DNA of 64,000 bases from Pelagibacteraceae bacterium AG-422-B15 (GCA_905182345.1 CAJJBG010000004.1:1476-65475); one strand, 5' to 3'. Counted from the first letter of the stretch, positions 9,036 to 18,733 are shown. Notes: generated from the sequence alone by a model not told the origin. Numbers and translations: made by a program.

Positions 9036-11166
9036 TATTTAAAAAATCAATAGTTCTTTGAAAAATTCGAGGTTTGAATATGGATAAAGGATTGGATTTA
9101 ACATCTGGATGATCTTGATTGCCAGTCATATTAAATTCAACGGCTAGAATTCCATCGCCCTCGTCACCAATAAAAATATTTCCAATTAGTGGAATTTTTT
9201 GAATAATACCACTAATTAATTGTAGGGGTGATACCTGGCCAGTTAAATCCATTGTTTTATTTATTCGATCAATATTTCCACTTAAGATAAGCCCTATACC
9301 GTCATTAATTCCAAATGCATTAATATTTGAGTACATAAATTTATCAACATCATAATTTAATTGCCCATGATCAAATTGAATTCCACTCTCATCAGAAAGT
9401 GCTGCGCTAAGACCACTAAATGATGGCAGAGATAAGAGTTTAAGGGTTGAAGGACTATTGATTAGAATAAAATCTTTTAAATCAATATTAACATTTGTAC
9501 TTAATGAGCCTATATCTCTATAAGAATAGATACTAGCCTCGCCTTTGCTAATTATTTTTCTTGCTGGATGGTTTGGGCCAACAGAGTCAATTAAATTACT
9601 TAATTCTATTTTAGTTTTATCATTCTTGGTGTTTTTTTCTCTTTCATAAATAAAATTTGAATCCAATGTGTCACCTCTAAAAGCAACCTTAATTTGATTT
9701 TTAACTTTCTTTATAGACCCTGAAAAACTATCTACAATTAAACCATCACTTAAAAAAGCATTATTTGCTGAAATAACATAGCTTTCAGAATTAAAATAAT
9801 ATTCTCTATTCTTATCATTAATATTAATAACATTTTTCGACAAATCTAGAGTTTCACCAATAACTGACATAATTAAATCTCTATTTGTTAATTTTGCATT
9901 TATAGTTAAATCGACATTATTTTTATTGCTCACATAAAGATTATCAACAATTAAATCATTGTTTTTAGATAGGGTTATTTTTCCCCTAAAATTAATATCA
10001 TTAGGATTTTTACTACTTAATTTGAAATCAATATCATCTTTCAAATTAAGATTACTAGTCACTTCAAAACTAAGTATATCATTTATATTTTTTTTGAAAT
10101 TTACCTGCCTAATAAAAGATTCAATTTTTGAAAGATCAATACCTGCAGAAATAGAGTATATTTGATCGTTTTGGTTGTCTTTAATAAGTGTTAAGTTATA
10201 TGGAGCATTACCTTTTAAAAAACTTGGATTAGCATTGTCATCTAGAATATAATCAAATTTGGTTTTTCCATCCAGCTGCAATTTAACATTGCTTAATTCT
10301 AATAAATTGATGAGATTAAAGTCAAAAACTAGCAATTGATCTTCATGCAATACATTGGAAAGAATATTGAAAAACCTAGTATCATTTGAGTTTCTATAGC
10401 TTGAAAAATTTTTAACTATAGAGAGAATGTCTGATGTTGGTAAAGACATTTCAATGTGTGTTTTTATATCATATATATTTGCAAAATTAATTTTAGTAAC
10501 AGGGTTTATTTTAAGTTTATTTTCTATTTTTCTTACAAATAATTCTTGATTATCTAAATTTAATTGAATGTCTGCAGTATATTTCAAGCTTTCATCAAAT
10601 AAAATATCAAGTGAATCTAAGCTATATTTACTATCAATATCAACAATAAATTTGTTAAAATTTTTCTTAATAAATTTACTTGTAAATTCAAATTTGATTT
10701 CAAAGATATTAATTTCATTTTTAGGTATAATAATACTATCTATTAAAGAAATACTTTCATTTGATAATTTTTTAACCACATAATGATCGGGATTAGATTC
10801 AATGCTTAAATTAAAATTTTGATCATTAAAATTTATATCAGAGGATAGTTCAAAATTTGCTAAAGCTACTCCTTTATATAGAATATTTAAAAGATTAAAA
10901 TCTACTGTTATATCTGTAGCTAAAAAATTTTTATTAGAAATAACTTCTAAAGAGGGTATTTCAATTACTAGCCCTTGTTGCTTTAAAAGCTTTATTTTCA
11001 CTTTGCTGAGGTTGACGGTGTAGTTACTATTATTAATTTGATTAGATAAGTTTCTTTGCAAGTATTTTGATTCAATCCCAGCGGTTGATAATATATAAAT
11101 AATAACAGCTGTGGCTGATATAAAAATTAATAAGATCGCTATTAATACAAATTTAATTCTATTCAT
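9028..11166 (-). CDS. Large membrane-anchored AsmA/YhdP-like protein (putative envelope lipid-transport family)
   Basis: 712 aa. N-terminal TM helix (FVLIAILLIFISATAVIIYIL) and an Asn/Ile-rich beta-type body. The C-terminal FNMTGNQDHPDVKSNPLSIFKP resembles the conserved C-terminus of the YhdP/AsmA-like family (from memory). The start overlaps the prfB stop (TAATG). Confidence 0.5.
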   Translation of the reverse strand: MNRIKFVLIAILLIFISATAVIIYILSTAGIESKYLQRNLSNQINNSNYTVNLSKVKIKLLKQQGLVIEIPSLEVISNKNFLATDITVDFNLLNILYKGVALANFELSSDINFNDQNFNLSIESNPDHYVVKKLSNESISLIDSIIIPKNEINIFEIKFEFTSKFIKKNFNKFIVDIDSKYSLDSLDILFDESLKYTADIQLNLDNQELFVRKIENKLKINPVTKINFANIYDIKTHIEMSLPTSDILSIVKNFSSYRNSNDTRFFNILSNVLHEDQLLVFDFNLINLLELSNVKLQLDGKTKFDYILDDNANPSFLKGNAPYNLTLIKDNQNDQIYSISAGIDLSKIESFIRQVNFKKNINDILSFEVTSNLNLKDDIDFKLSSKNPNDINFRGKITLSKNNDLIVDNLYVSNKNNVDLTINAKLTNRDLIMSVIGETLDLSKNVININDKNREYYFNSESYVISANNAFLSDGLIVDSFSGSIKKVKNQIKVAFRGDTLDSNFIYEREKNTKNDKTKIELSNLIDSVGPNHPARKIISKGEASIYSYRDIGSLSTNVNIDLKDFILINSPSTLKLLSLPSFSGLSAALSDESGIQFDHGQLNYDVDKFMYSNINAFGINDGIGLILSGNIDRINKTMDLTGQVSPLQLISGIIQKIPLIGNIFIGDEGDGILAVEFNMTGNQDHPDVKSNPLSIFKPRIFQRTIDFLNKN

Positions 11167-12255
11167 TATATTTTAATATTTGAAAATAATAGTTTTTCAA
11201 TTTCTCCATCCAATACTGCATCTGGATCACTATCCTCATAGTTACTTCTTAGATCTTTAACCATTCGATAAGGATGTAAAACATAAGAGCGTATTTGACT
11301 GCCCCAACCTATTTCAGCTTTACTAGCTTCTGAAACCTTCTTTTCACCTTCGAGTTTTTGCATTTCAAATTCATAAAGTTTAGATTTTAACATACTCATG
11401 GCAGTATCACGGTTTTTATGTTGAGATCTTTCATTTTGACACTGTACAACTATATTTGTTGGAATATGTGTAATTCTAATCGCACTATCAGTAGTATTGA
11501 CATGTTGGCCCCCTGCTCCAGATGCTCTAAATGTATCTACCCGCAAGTCTTTATCTTGGATTTCAATATTTATATCGTCATCAATATGTGGCGTAATCCA
11601 GACACTGGAAAAACTTGTGTGCCTTCTTGAATTTGAATCAAACGGTGAAATTCTTACAAGTCGATGTACTCCAGATTCTTTTTTTAAATAGCCAAAAGCA
11701 TACTTACCTTCAATTAATATTGTTGTAGATTTGATACCGGCTTCTTCACCAGATGACTCATGAATAATTTTTGTTTTAAACTCATTTTTTTCTGCCCATC
11801 TTAAATACATTCGCCTTAACATACTAGCCCAATCCTGACTTTCAGTTCCTCCAGCGCCAGCATGAATTTCTAGATAACAATTTTTAACATCAGTATCTCC
11901 ATTAAACTGTAATTTAAAAACTTCTATTTCAATTAATTGATTTATTTTTATCAATTCATCAGAATATTCTTTAATTGCATCAATATCATTTTCTTGAGTA
12001 GCAATTTCATAAAACTCAGAAATGTCGTTTAAATTATTTTTAAAATTTATAATTAAATTTAAATTTTCTTCTAAACCACTTATCTCTTGCATAACTTTTT
12101 TTGCAGTATTCGTATCAGCCCAGAAATTTGTTTTTTCACTCTGTAACTTTAACTCAGTTAACTTTAATTTTGATTCATCGGTGTCAAAGATGCCCCCTAA
12201 TACTCTCAAGTTTTTCTCTTGATATAGATAATAATTTTTTAAATTCTATTTCCAT
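11166..12255 (-). CDS. prfB: Peptide chain release factor 2, expressed via programmed +1 frameshift (frame 0: 12255..12187; frame +1: 12185..11166)
   Basis: The track ORF (11166..12209) lacks a proper N-terminus. ATG at 12255 opens a 23-codon frame (MEIEFKKLLSISREKLESIRGHL) ending in CTT TGA C, preceded by AGGGGG. The downstream frame carries SPF (RISPFDS) and GGQ (SGAGGQHVNTT). Confidence 0.92.
12184..12198 (-). promoter_or_regulatory. RF2 autoregulatory +1 frameshift site (internal SD-like AGGGGG, slippery CUU, UGA, C)
   Basis: The minus strand reads AGG GGG CAT CTT TGA C, versus E. coli AGG GGG TAT CTT TGA C. Confidence 0.9.
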
Positions 12256-12256
12256 T

Positions 12257-14644
12257 TTAATATACTAAATAATCATTATCATTTTCTTCATTTATTTGGA
12301 TTGATTTAAAGCCTTCTAATCCAATTAAAGTATCATTATATGAATTTATTTTATCATTTTTTCCATACGCTTCATAGATACTATTGTCATCCATAATTGT
12401 AGTTATTTTTCCTGTGTTTAAATCTGTCTTAATTAATTCAATTCCTTCGGGTATCAAAAAAGGTAAGCTTTTATTGGTTGCTAAATATTCTTCCATAATC
12501 ATTTTGAAAATTGGAACCGCAACAGAGGAGCCTGTTTCTCTTCTACCAAGACTAATTGGGGCATCAAAGCCTGTATAAATACCTATAATTAAATCTGAGG
12601 TATAACCTATAAACCATGCATCCGTATTATTGTTTGTGGTTCCTGTTTTACCTGCAATTTCAATTCCAGTAAATCTAGTTTTTTTTCCAGTACCTCTATC
12701 TACAGCACCTTTTAGCATCGAAGTAATTTGAAATGAATGTGTTGCAGAAAAAATACTCTCAGAATTATTAATTAAGTTAGGTTTAAAGTTAGTGGATGAA
12801 TATTCGCTGTTACAATTATTACATGCACCAAGTTCGGCTTTATATATTGTTGTACCTCTTCTATCTTGAACTCTATCAATAAATATTGGGTTAATTTTTT
12901 TTCCACCATTAACAAAAGATGCATATGCCTTTGTTATATCGATAAGGGAGGTTTCGCCTGCTCCTAGTGCCATTGATAAAATTTCTGGCATATCTTCTAC
13001 AATTCCAGATCGATTGGCTACCTCTGAAATTTTATTCATACCTAAATATTGAGCGATTCTTATTGTCATTAAATTTCTTGAGTTTTCAATTCCCTTCCTA
13101 AGTGGAGATGGTCCATAAAATTTCTTACCATAGTTCTCAGGCTTCCATTTTCCAAGTTTCCCGCCCTGATCAATTACAAAAGGTGCATCTAATATCATCG
13201 TATTAGGTTGAAATCCCTGTTCTAAAGCTGAGATATAAACAAAAGGTTTAAAAGCTGACCCTGGTTGTCTCTTTGCTTGTACGGCCCTATTAAATGAGCT
13301 AATTTTAAAGTCAAACCCACCCGTCATTGATAAAACTCTTCCTGTATAAGGGTCCATCGCAATAACTGCCCCGTTTATTTTTGGATACTGTTGAAGCATA
13401 TAGTCATCATTGCCGTCATCAGAAAAATAAACAATATCATTAACTTTAAATATCTCTTTAAAGTCAGTTATCTTAGGGCCAACGTAGTTATTGTTAATAT
13501 GTTTTCTGAGCCACAAACTATTTTTTAATAAGATTAAAAATTCTTCTTTATTTTTTTTCTCTAAAACTAACGTATTAGAATTGACTAATTTAATACGTGC
13601 AAAGTCAAATAGACTTGGTTTCATGTGTTTTGTTGATATTGACTTATACCACTTATCATTACTGGAATTGTCTAACACACCTCTGTAACCATGTCTTTTG
13701 TCATAGTTCATTAGGCCTTCTTGAAGGGAGCTAGTTACTAATGTCTGTAAAGTTGAGTTAAGAGAAGTTCTTACAGAGAGACCACCATTATAAAGTTTTT
13801 TTTCGCCAAATATATCTATTGTCCTTCTTCTGATTTCTTCGCTATAATAATCTGAAGAATATTTTGTATTTAAAACATTAATGCTTGTTTCTAATTTTTT
13901 CTTACTAGCAATTTCAAAATCTTGTTTTGATATGTAGTTGTTCAAATACATTCTTTTTAGGACCCAGTTCCTTCTATTTATAGCATTTTTGTTATTTTTT
14001 ATTGGATGGTAGTTACTTGGAGCCTTTGGAAGTGCCGCTAAATATGCAGCTTGATTAAACGTTAAGTCTTGCAAAGGTTTATTAAAGTATTTATTTGATG
14101 CAGCTGCAATTCCATACGTTCCTGATCCAAGGTATATTTGATTAAGATATAGCTCTAATATTCTATCTTTAGAAAATGCTAATTCAATTTTTATTGCAAG
14201 TATAGCTTCTTTAATTTTACGAGTTAAAGAAAGTTCATCTGTTAATAAAAAGTTTTTTGCAACCTGTTGTGTAATTGTAGATGCGCCTTGTGGCCTTTTA
14301 TTTGAAGAAATATTTTTTATATTATTAATAAATGCCCTAGCTATTCCAGTAGCATCAACTCCGATATGATTATAAAAATTTTTATCTTCAGCGGAAATAA
14401 AAGCATTCTTTATAATCTCAGGAACAGCATTAATTGGAATAAAAATTCTGTATTGGTTGGAATATTCTTTAACTAAAATGCCCTCTGAATTATGGACTCT
14501 AGTCATTACTGAAGGCTGATAATCTTTCAAGTCATTGTAATCCGGAAGGTTAAATGAGAGAGAAATTAAAATTAAGAGAGGTAATATAAATAAAGCGGTG
14601 CTTAAATACAAAAATATTCGAACATAATTTAACTTTTGAAACAT
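12257..14644 (-). CDS. mrcA: Bifunctional penicillin-binding protein 1A (glycosyltransferase + transpeptidase)
   Basis: 795 aa. N-terminal TM helix, GT51 motifs (EDKNFYNHIGVD, GASTITQQVAKN), transpeptidase SxxK (GSAFKPFVY) and KTG (GKTGTTN). Confidence 0.92.
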   Translation of the reverse strand: MFQKLNYVRIFLYLSTALFILPLLILISLSFNLPDYNDLKDYQPSVMTRVHNSEGILVKEYSNQYRIFIPINAVPEIIKNAFISAEDKNFYNHIGVDATGIARAFINNIKNISSNKRPQGASTITQQVAKNFLLTDELSLTRKIKEAILAIKIELAFSKDRILELYLNQIYLGSGTYGIAAASNKYFNKPLQDLTFNQAAYLAALPKAPSNYHPIKNNKNAINRRNWVLKRMYLNNYISKQDFEIASKKKLETSINVLNTKYSSDYYSEEIRRRTIDIFGEKKLYNGGLSVRTSLNSTLQTLVTSSLQEGLMNYDKRHGYRGVLDNSSNDKWYKSISTKHMKPSLFDFARIKLVNSNTLVLEKKNKEEFLILLKNSLWLRKHINNNYVGPKITDFKEIFKVNDIVYFSDDGNDDYMLQQYPKINGAVIAMDPYTGRVLSMTGGFDFKISSFNRAVQAKRQPGSAFKPFVYISALEQGFQPNTMILDAPFVIDQGGKLGKWKPENYGKKFYGPSPLRKGIENSRNLMTIRIAQYLGMNKISEVANRSGIVEDMPEILSMALGAGETSLIDITKAYASFVNGGKKINPIFIDRVQDRRGTTIYKAELGACNNCNSEYSSTNFKPNLINNSESIFSATHSFQITSMLKGAVDRGTGKKTRFTGIEIAGKTGTTNNNTDAWFIGYTSDLIIGIYTGFDAPISLGRRETGSSVAVPIFKMIMEEYLATNKSLPFLIPEGIELIKTDLNTGKITTIMDDNSIYEAYGKNDKINSYNDTLIGLEGFKSIQINEENDNDYLVY

Positions 14645-14872
14645 ATGATTTAACTAAGCTTAATTTGTGTCAAACTTGTGGTATGCAAAATAGGCAGTCA
14701 AACAAGCAGTTTATTCATTAATATTAAACTATTATTACCCCAAATATAGTGTATAAACTTAAAAATATCATTATTGATAAAATTATATTCTAAGTATGAA
14801 AAAAAATAACTTCATAAATAAATATTGTAATAAAAATTTTTATGCATCACTGCATTTGAAAGGTTTAAATAA

Positions 14873-16864
14873 ATGGCAAGTAAATTACTTATTGATGGAT
14901 CTCAGGTCGATCAAACAAAGGTTGCTCTCGTTGGCGACTTCGGACTTGAAGACTTTGAATTTGAATCAAGTTCTGTAAAGCACTTAAAAGGCAATGTATA
15001 TCTTGGTAAAATATCAAGAATAGAGCCCTCTCTTCAAGCTGCATTTGTTGATATTGGGTCAGAAAAAAATGGTTTTTTAGCCTTTGGCGAGATTCATCCA
15101 AATTATTTTCAAATACCTATAGCTGATCGTGAAGCCTTACTTGCTGCAGAAGCCGAACATCAAGAGACACACAATCAAGACGATGATATTATCGATTCTG
15201 CCACCTCAGAAGACTCTTCTGAATTACAAAGAAATGAATCAGAATCAGAATCAGAATCAGAATCAGAATCAGAATCAGAATCAGAATCAGAATCAGAATC
15301 AGAATCAGATAATTCTACTAAATCTAAAAATAATAATATTAACAATTCAAAGTTTGAAAAATCTAAAAATAATAACCTCAGAAAAAAACTTTTTAGATCA
15401 TATAAGATTCAAGAAGTTATGAAAAATTCACAATTAATCTTAGTTCAAGTTGTTAAGGAAGAAAGAGGAAATAAAGGTGCCGCTCTTACTTCATATATAT
15501 CTTTAGCAGGCAAGTATACTGTGCTTATGCCAAACTCAACGAAAACTAAAGGCATATCAAGAAAAATAGCTTCTTCGGAAGAAAGACAGAAATTAAAGAT
15601 TATGATTAATGAATTAAATTTACCAATTGATATGGGTTTAATTGTAAGAACTGCAGGCTTAAATAAGACAAAGATAGAGATAAAGAAAGATGTCGAAACC
15701 TTAAAAAAACTTTGGAATAATATTGTCCAAGATACAACTAAGGATACTACTATTGCACCCGCACTAATACATGAGGAAGGTAATTTAATCAGAAGAGCTA
15801 TAAGAGATATTTACAATAAGGAGATGAAAAATATTTTTGTTGAAGGTACAGAGGCATTCAATGAAACAAAAAAATATGTTGCTCAGTTACTGCCTAATTG
15901 CTCAAAATATGTAAAAGAATACAAAGGTAAAGAGCCTATATTTGCAAAACACCAAGTTGAAGCTGAACTTAATAAGATGTTCGATACAACTGTTCACCTA
16001 AAATCCGGTGGATACTTAGTTATAAACCCTACCGAAGCATTGGTAGCAATTGATGTTAACTCTGGTAGCGCAACAAAAGAAAGGAATATTGAAAAAACAG
16101 CTGTAAAGACAAATCTTGAAGCTGCTGAGGAAATTTCAAAGCAAATTAAGATTAGAGATTTATCTGGGTTAATTGTAATTGATTTTATAGATATGTATGA
16201 AATGAGAAATAATCGCCAGGTAGAAAAAAAGATTAAAGAAGCAATTAAACTTGATAGAGCTAGAATACAAGTTAATAGAATTAGTCAATTTGGATTAATG
16301 GAACTATCAAGACAAAGATTACGTCAAAGCTTTATTGAGTGGAAATGCACATTATCAATAGAATCATGTGCTCAAAAAATTATTGGTTTAATTAAACAAA
16401 ATATAATTAACTCAAAAACTAAGGTAATTAAATTTGAAATAAATCCATCTTTATCAAAATATCTAGAAAATAATCATGAAAAAGAAATTGATATGATTAA
16501 GAATAAATATGGAATTAAACTAAGTATTACTGAAAACCCTCTTCTGGAAAATGATGTCATTGTATTTGCAGATGACGACAAATCAAATATTCAAAAAAAG
16601 AAAAAGAAGCAGGTGCACACAAAAAGACCTAAAAGCTCTGAAAAAAAATTGCAAAATAAGCCGACAAAAAAATACAGAAATACTACAAAAGATAAAAATG
16701 TTACTCATGTAGATAATAAAGTAAGTGACACTAAGTCTAAGGATAGTTTAAAAAAAGATACTAAGCCTAAGGAAGATTTAAAAAAAGATACTAAGCCTAA
16801 GGAAGTACCTGCTAAGCCTAAAAAAAAGAACTTCTCTAAAAAAACTGGATGGTGGAGTCAATAA
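14873..16864 (+). CDS. rne: Ribonuclease E (compact alphaproteobacterial form)
   Basis: 663 aa. The S1 domain (GNVYLGKISRIEPSLQAAFVDIG) is split by a ~100-aa acidic insertion. Catalytic core blocks present (ALVAIDVNSG, LIVIDFIDM, ISQFGLMELSRQR). Lys-rich tail ends in GWWSQ. Confidence 0.9.
   Translation: MASKLLIDGSQVDQTKVALVGDFGLEDFEFESSSVKHLKGNVYLGKISRIEPSLQAAFVDIGSEKNGFLAFGEIHPNYFQIPIADREALLAAEAEHQETHNQDDDIIDSATSEDSSELQRNESESESESESESESESESESESESDNSTKSKNNNINNSKFEKSKNNNLRKKLFRSYKIQEVMKNSQLILVQVVKEERGNKGAALTSYISLAGKYTVLMPNSTKTKGISRKIASSEERQKLKIMINELNLPIDMGLIVRTAGLNKTKIEIKKDVETLKKLWNNIVQDTTKDTTIAPALIHEEGNLIRRAIRDIYNKEMKNIFVEGTEAFNETKKYVAQLLPNCSKYVKEYKGKEPIFAKHQVEAELNKMFDTTVHLKSGGYLVINPTEALVAIDVNSGSATKERNIEKTAVKTNLEAAEEISKQIKIRDLSGLIVIDFIDMYEMRNNRQVEKKIKEAIKLDRARIQVNRISQFGLMELSRQRLRQSFIEWKCTLSIESCAQKIIGLIKQNIINSKTKVIKFEINPSLSKYLENNHEKEIDMIKNKYGIKLSITENPLLENDVIVFADDDKSNIQKKKKKQVHTKRPKSSEKKLQNKPTKKYRNTTKDKNVTHVDNKVSDTKSKDSLKKDTKPKEDLKKDTKPKEVPAKPKKKNFSKKTGWWSQ
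15236..15307 (+). repeat. Perfect hexanucleotide microsatellite (GAATCA)x12 inside rne, encoding (ES)12
   Basis: Counted directly: 72 nt with 12 uninterrupted GAATCA units, in frame with rne. Confidence 0.98.
16747..16805 (+). repeat. Tandem duplication, 30-bp period (29 nt identical), in the rne C-terminal tail
   Basis: TTTAAAAAAAGATACTAAGCCTAAGGAAG occurs at 16747-16775 and 16777-16805, encoding LKKDTKPKE twice. Related CTAAGCCTAA copies flank it. Confidence 0.9.
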
Positions 16865-16909
16865 ATAATTTGTCTATTTTAAAACACATTTAAGTTTAAT
16901 GTTATCAAT

Positions 16910-18250
16910 ATGAAGTGTTTTTATATATTTATAATATTGTCTTTGCACATATTGACTACATCTAGCTTTTCTATGCAACTTATTAGAGATGTAGAGCTTG
17001 AGGAATTTAGCAAAGAACTACTACTACCTCTTACAAAGACCTCAAATCTAGAAAAAGACAGAGTTGATTTATATTTCATTAATAGCAATGATGTTAATGC
17101 ATTTGTTACGTCTGGACAGCATATTTTTACAAACACAGAGTTAATAATTCAGTCAAGTACGTACGATGAATATCTAGGTGTCTTAGCTCACGAGCTATCA
17201 CATATAAATGGAGGTCATGTATCCCGAACAAAAGAAAAAATCTCTAAACTAGGTGATAAATCTTTACCAATTTACTTGCTTGGAATTCTTGGAACTTTAA
17301 CTGGGCAGGTGGATGTTGGATTAGCTGCAATTATGGTTGGATCTGCCAGTGTTCAAGATGGCTATTTATATTATTCAAGAACACAGGAGGCAGCAGCGGA
17401 TCAGGCAGCCGTTGCTTTATTGTGTAAAAGTGCCCAGCCTGTACAAGGATTAGAAAGTTTTTTAAAAAAACTAGATCGTTCATCACTTGAGAATGCGGAA
17501 GACTATAAATATAAGACAACTCACCCTCAAACATCAGATAGATATAACTGGATTATCAGTAGCTATAAAAAATATCCAAACTGCAAGTATAAGCTAAATG
17601 ATGATTTGCAAAGACGTTTCGAACTAATTAAGGGCAAATTATTTGCCTATACTCATAGTGAAAAAGAAACTTTAGCTATTTATAGTGGAAAAAATACAGC
17701 TGAAGCTCAATATGCAATGGCTACAATTTATTTATTAAATGGAAATTATAACAAAGCAATTAAATCTATAGAATCATTAATTTCAAGTGAAGAGAACAAT
17801 CCCTATTTTCATGAAATGCTAGCTGAAATATATTTTTCTATAGGAAAACACAATCTAGCTATTTTAGAACAAAGAAAAGTTATTAGACTGATGTCTGTTG
17901 AAAATGATTTACAATTAATGATCCTAGCAAATTACTTATTAGCAGAAGCTAGCAAAGAAAGTTTAATTGCTGCTATTAAGGCACTTAATAAATCACTGTT
18001 TCTTAACCCAAATAATTCCTACGCTTGGTTTTTGTTAGCGAAGGGATATGCTTTAACTGGTGACCTTGCTTTAGCTCAATATGCTAGTAGTGAAAGATAC
18101 TATTTGAGAGGAGACAAGGCCCTTGCGCTTTCAATGCTTAAAAAAGCTATAAAAAATATTGATAATAATAGCGTAGAATGGTATCGAGCAAATGATCTTC
18201 TTTATATACTTACTGATAAGGTCGAAAATGCAGATGATAAAAAAAGATAA
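16910..18250 (+). CDS. Periplasmic M48 metalloprotease with TPR domain (BepA/YfgC-like)
   Basis: 446 aa. Signal peptide, zinc motif HELSHINGGH, C-terminal TPR-like helical repeats. Confidence 0.8.
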   Translation: MKCFYIFIILSLHILTTSSFSMQLIRDVELEEFSKELLLPLTKTSNLEKDRVDLYFINSNDVNAFVTSGQHIFTNTELIIQSSTYDEYLGVLAHELSHINGGHVSRTKEKISKLGDKSLPIYLLGILGTLTGQVDVGLAAIMVGSASVQDGYLYYSRTQEAAADQAAVALLCKSAQPVQGLESFLKKLDRSSLENAEDYKYKTTHPQTSDRYNWIISSYKKYPNCKYKLNDDLQRRFELIKGKLFAYTHSEKETLAIYSGKNTAEAQYAMATIYLLNGNYNKAIKSIESLISSEENNPYFHEMLAEIYFSIGKHNLAILEQRKVIRLMSVENDLQLMILANYLLAEASKESLIAAIKALNKSLFLNPNNSYAWFLLAKGYALTGDLALAQYASSERYYLRGDKALALSMLKKAIKNIDNNSVEWYRANDLLYILTDKVENADDKKR

Positions 18251-18271
18251 ATCTTATATTGATTAATAATT

Positions 18272-18715
18272 ATGTTAAAAAAACAAATATATATAATTAA
18301 CGGCCCCAACCTAAATCTTTTGGGTGACAGAGAACCTGATATTTATGGAACTAAAACTTTAGCGGACTTAGAAACTGATCTTAATCAGATAATTATTGAA
18401 AATGAATTAAATATTTCTTTACTATTTGTGCAATCAAATAGCGAAGGTGAAATTGTAGACCAGGTTCAAAAGGCTGGTAAAGAAGCGGCTGGCTTAATAA
18501 TTAATGCAGGTGGACTATCTCACACTTCTATTTCTATTCTTGATGCAATGCTATCAATTAATATTCCAAAAATAGAAGTTCATATCTCTAATCTCTTCTC
18601 AAGAGAAGAATTTAGGCAATATTCATATTTAAGTAAAGGCGCCGATGGGTTTATCTGTGGTTTTGGAATAAATGGATATGCACTAGCTATTCAAGGATTA
18701 TTAAAATTAATATAA
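18272..18715 (+). CDS. aroQ: Type II 3-dehydroquinate dehydratase
   Basis: 147 aa. INGPNLNLLGDREPDIYG and HISNLFSREEFR motifs. aroQ-accB-accC order. Confidence 0.95.
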   Translation: MLKKQIYIINGPNLNLLGDREPDIYGTKTLADLETDLNQIIIENELNISLLFVQSNSEGEIVDQVQKAGKEAAGLIINAGGLSHTSISILDAMLSINIPKIEVHISNLFSREEFRQYSYLSKGADGFICGFGINGYALAIQGLLKLI

Positions 18716-18733
18716 TGTTGAAAGGTAATAACT

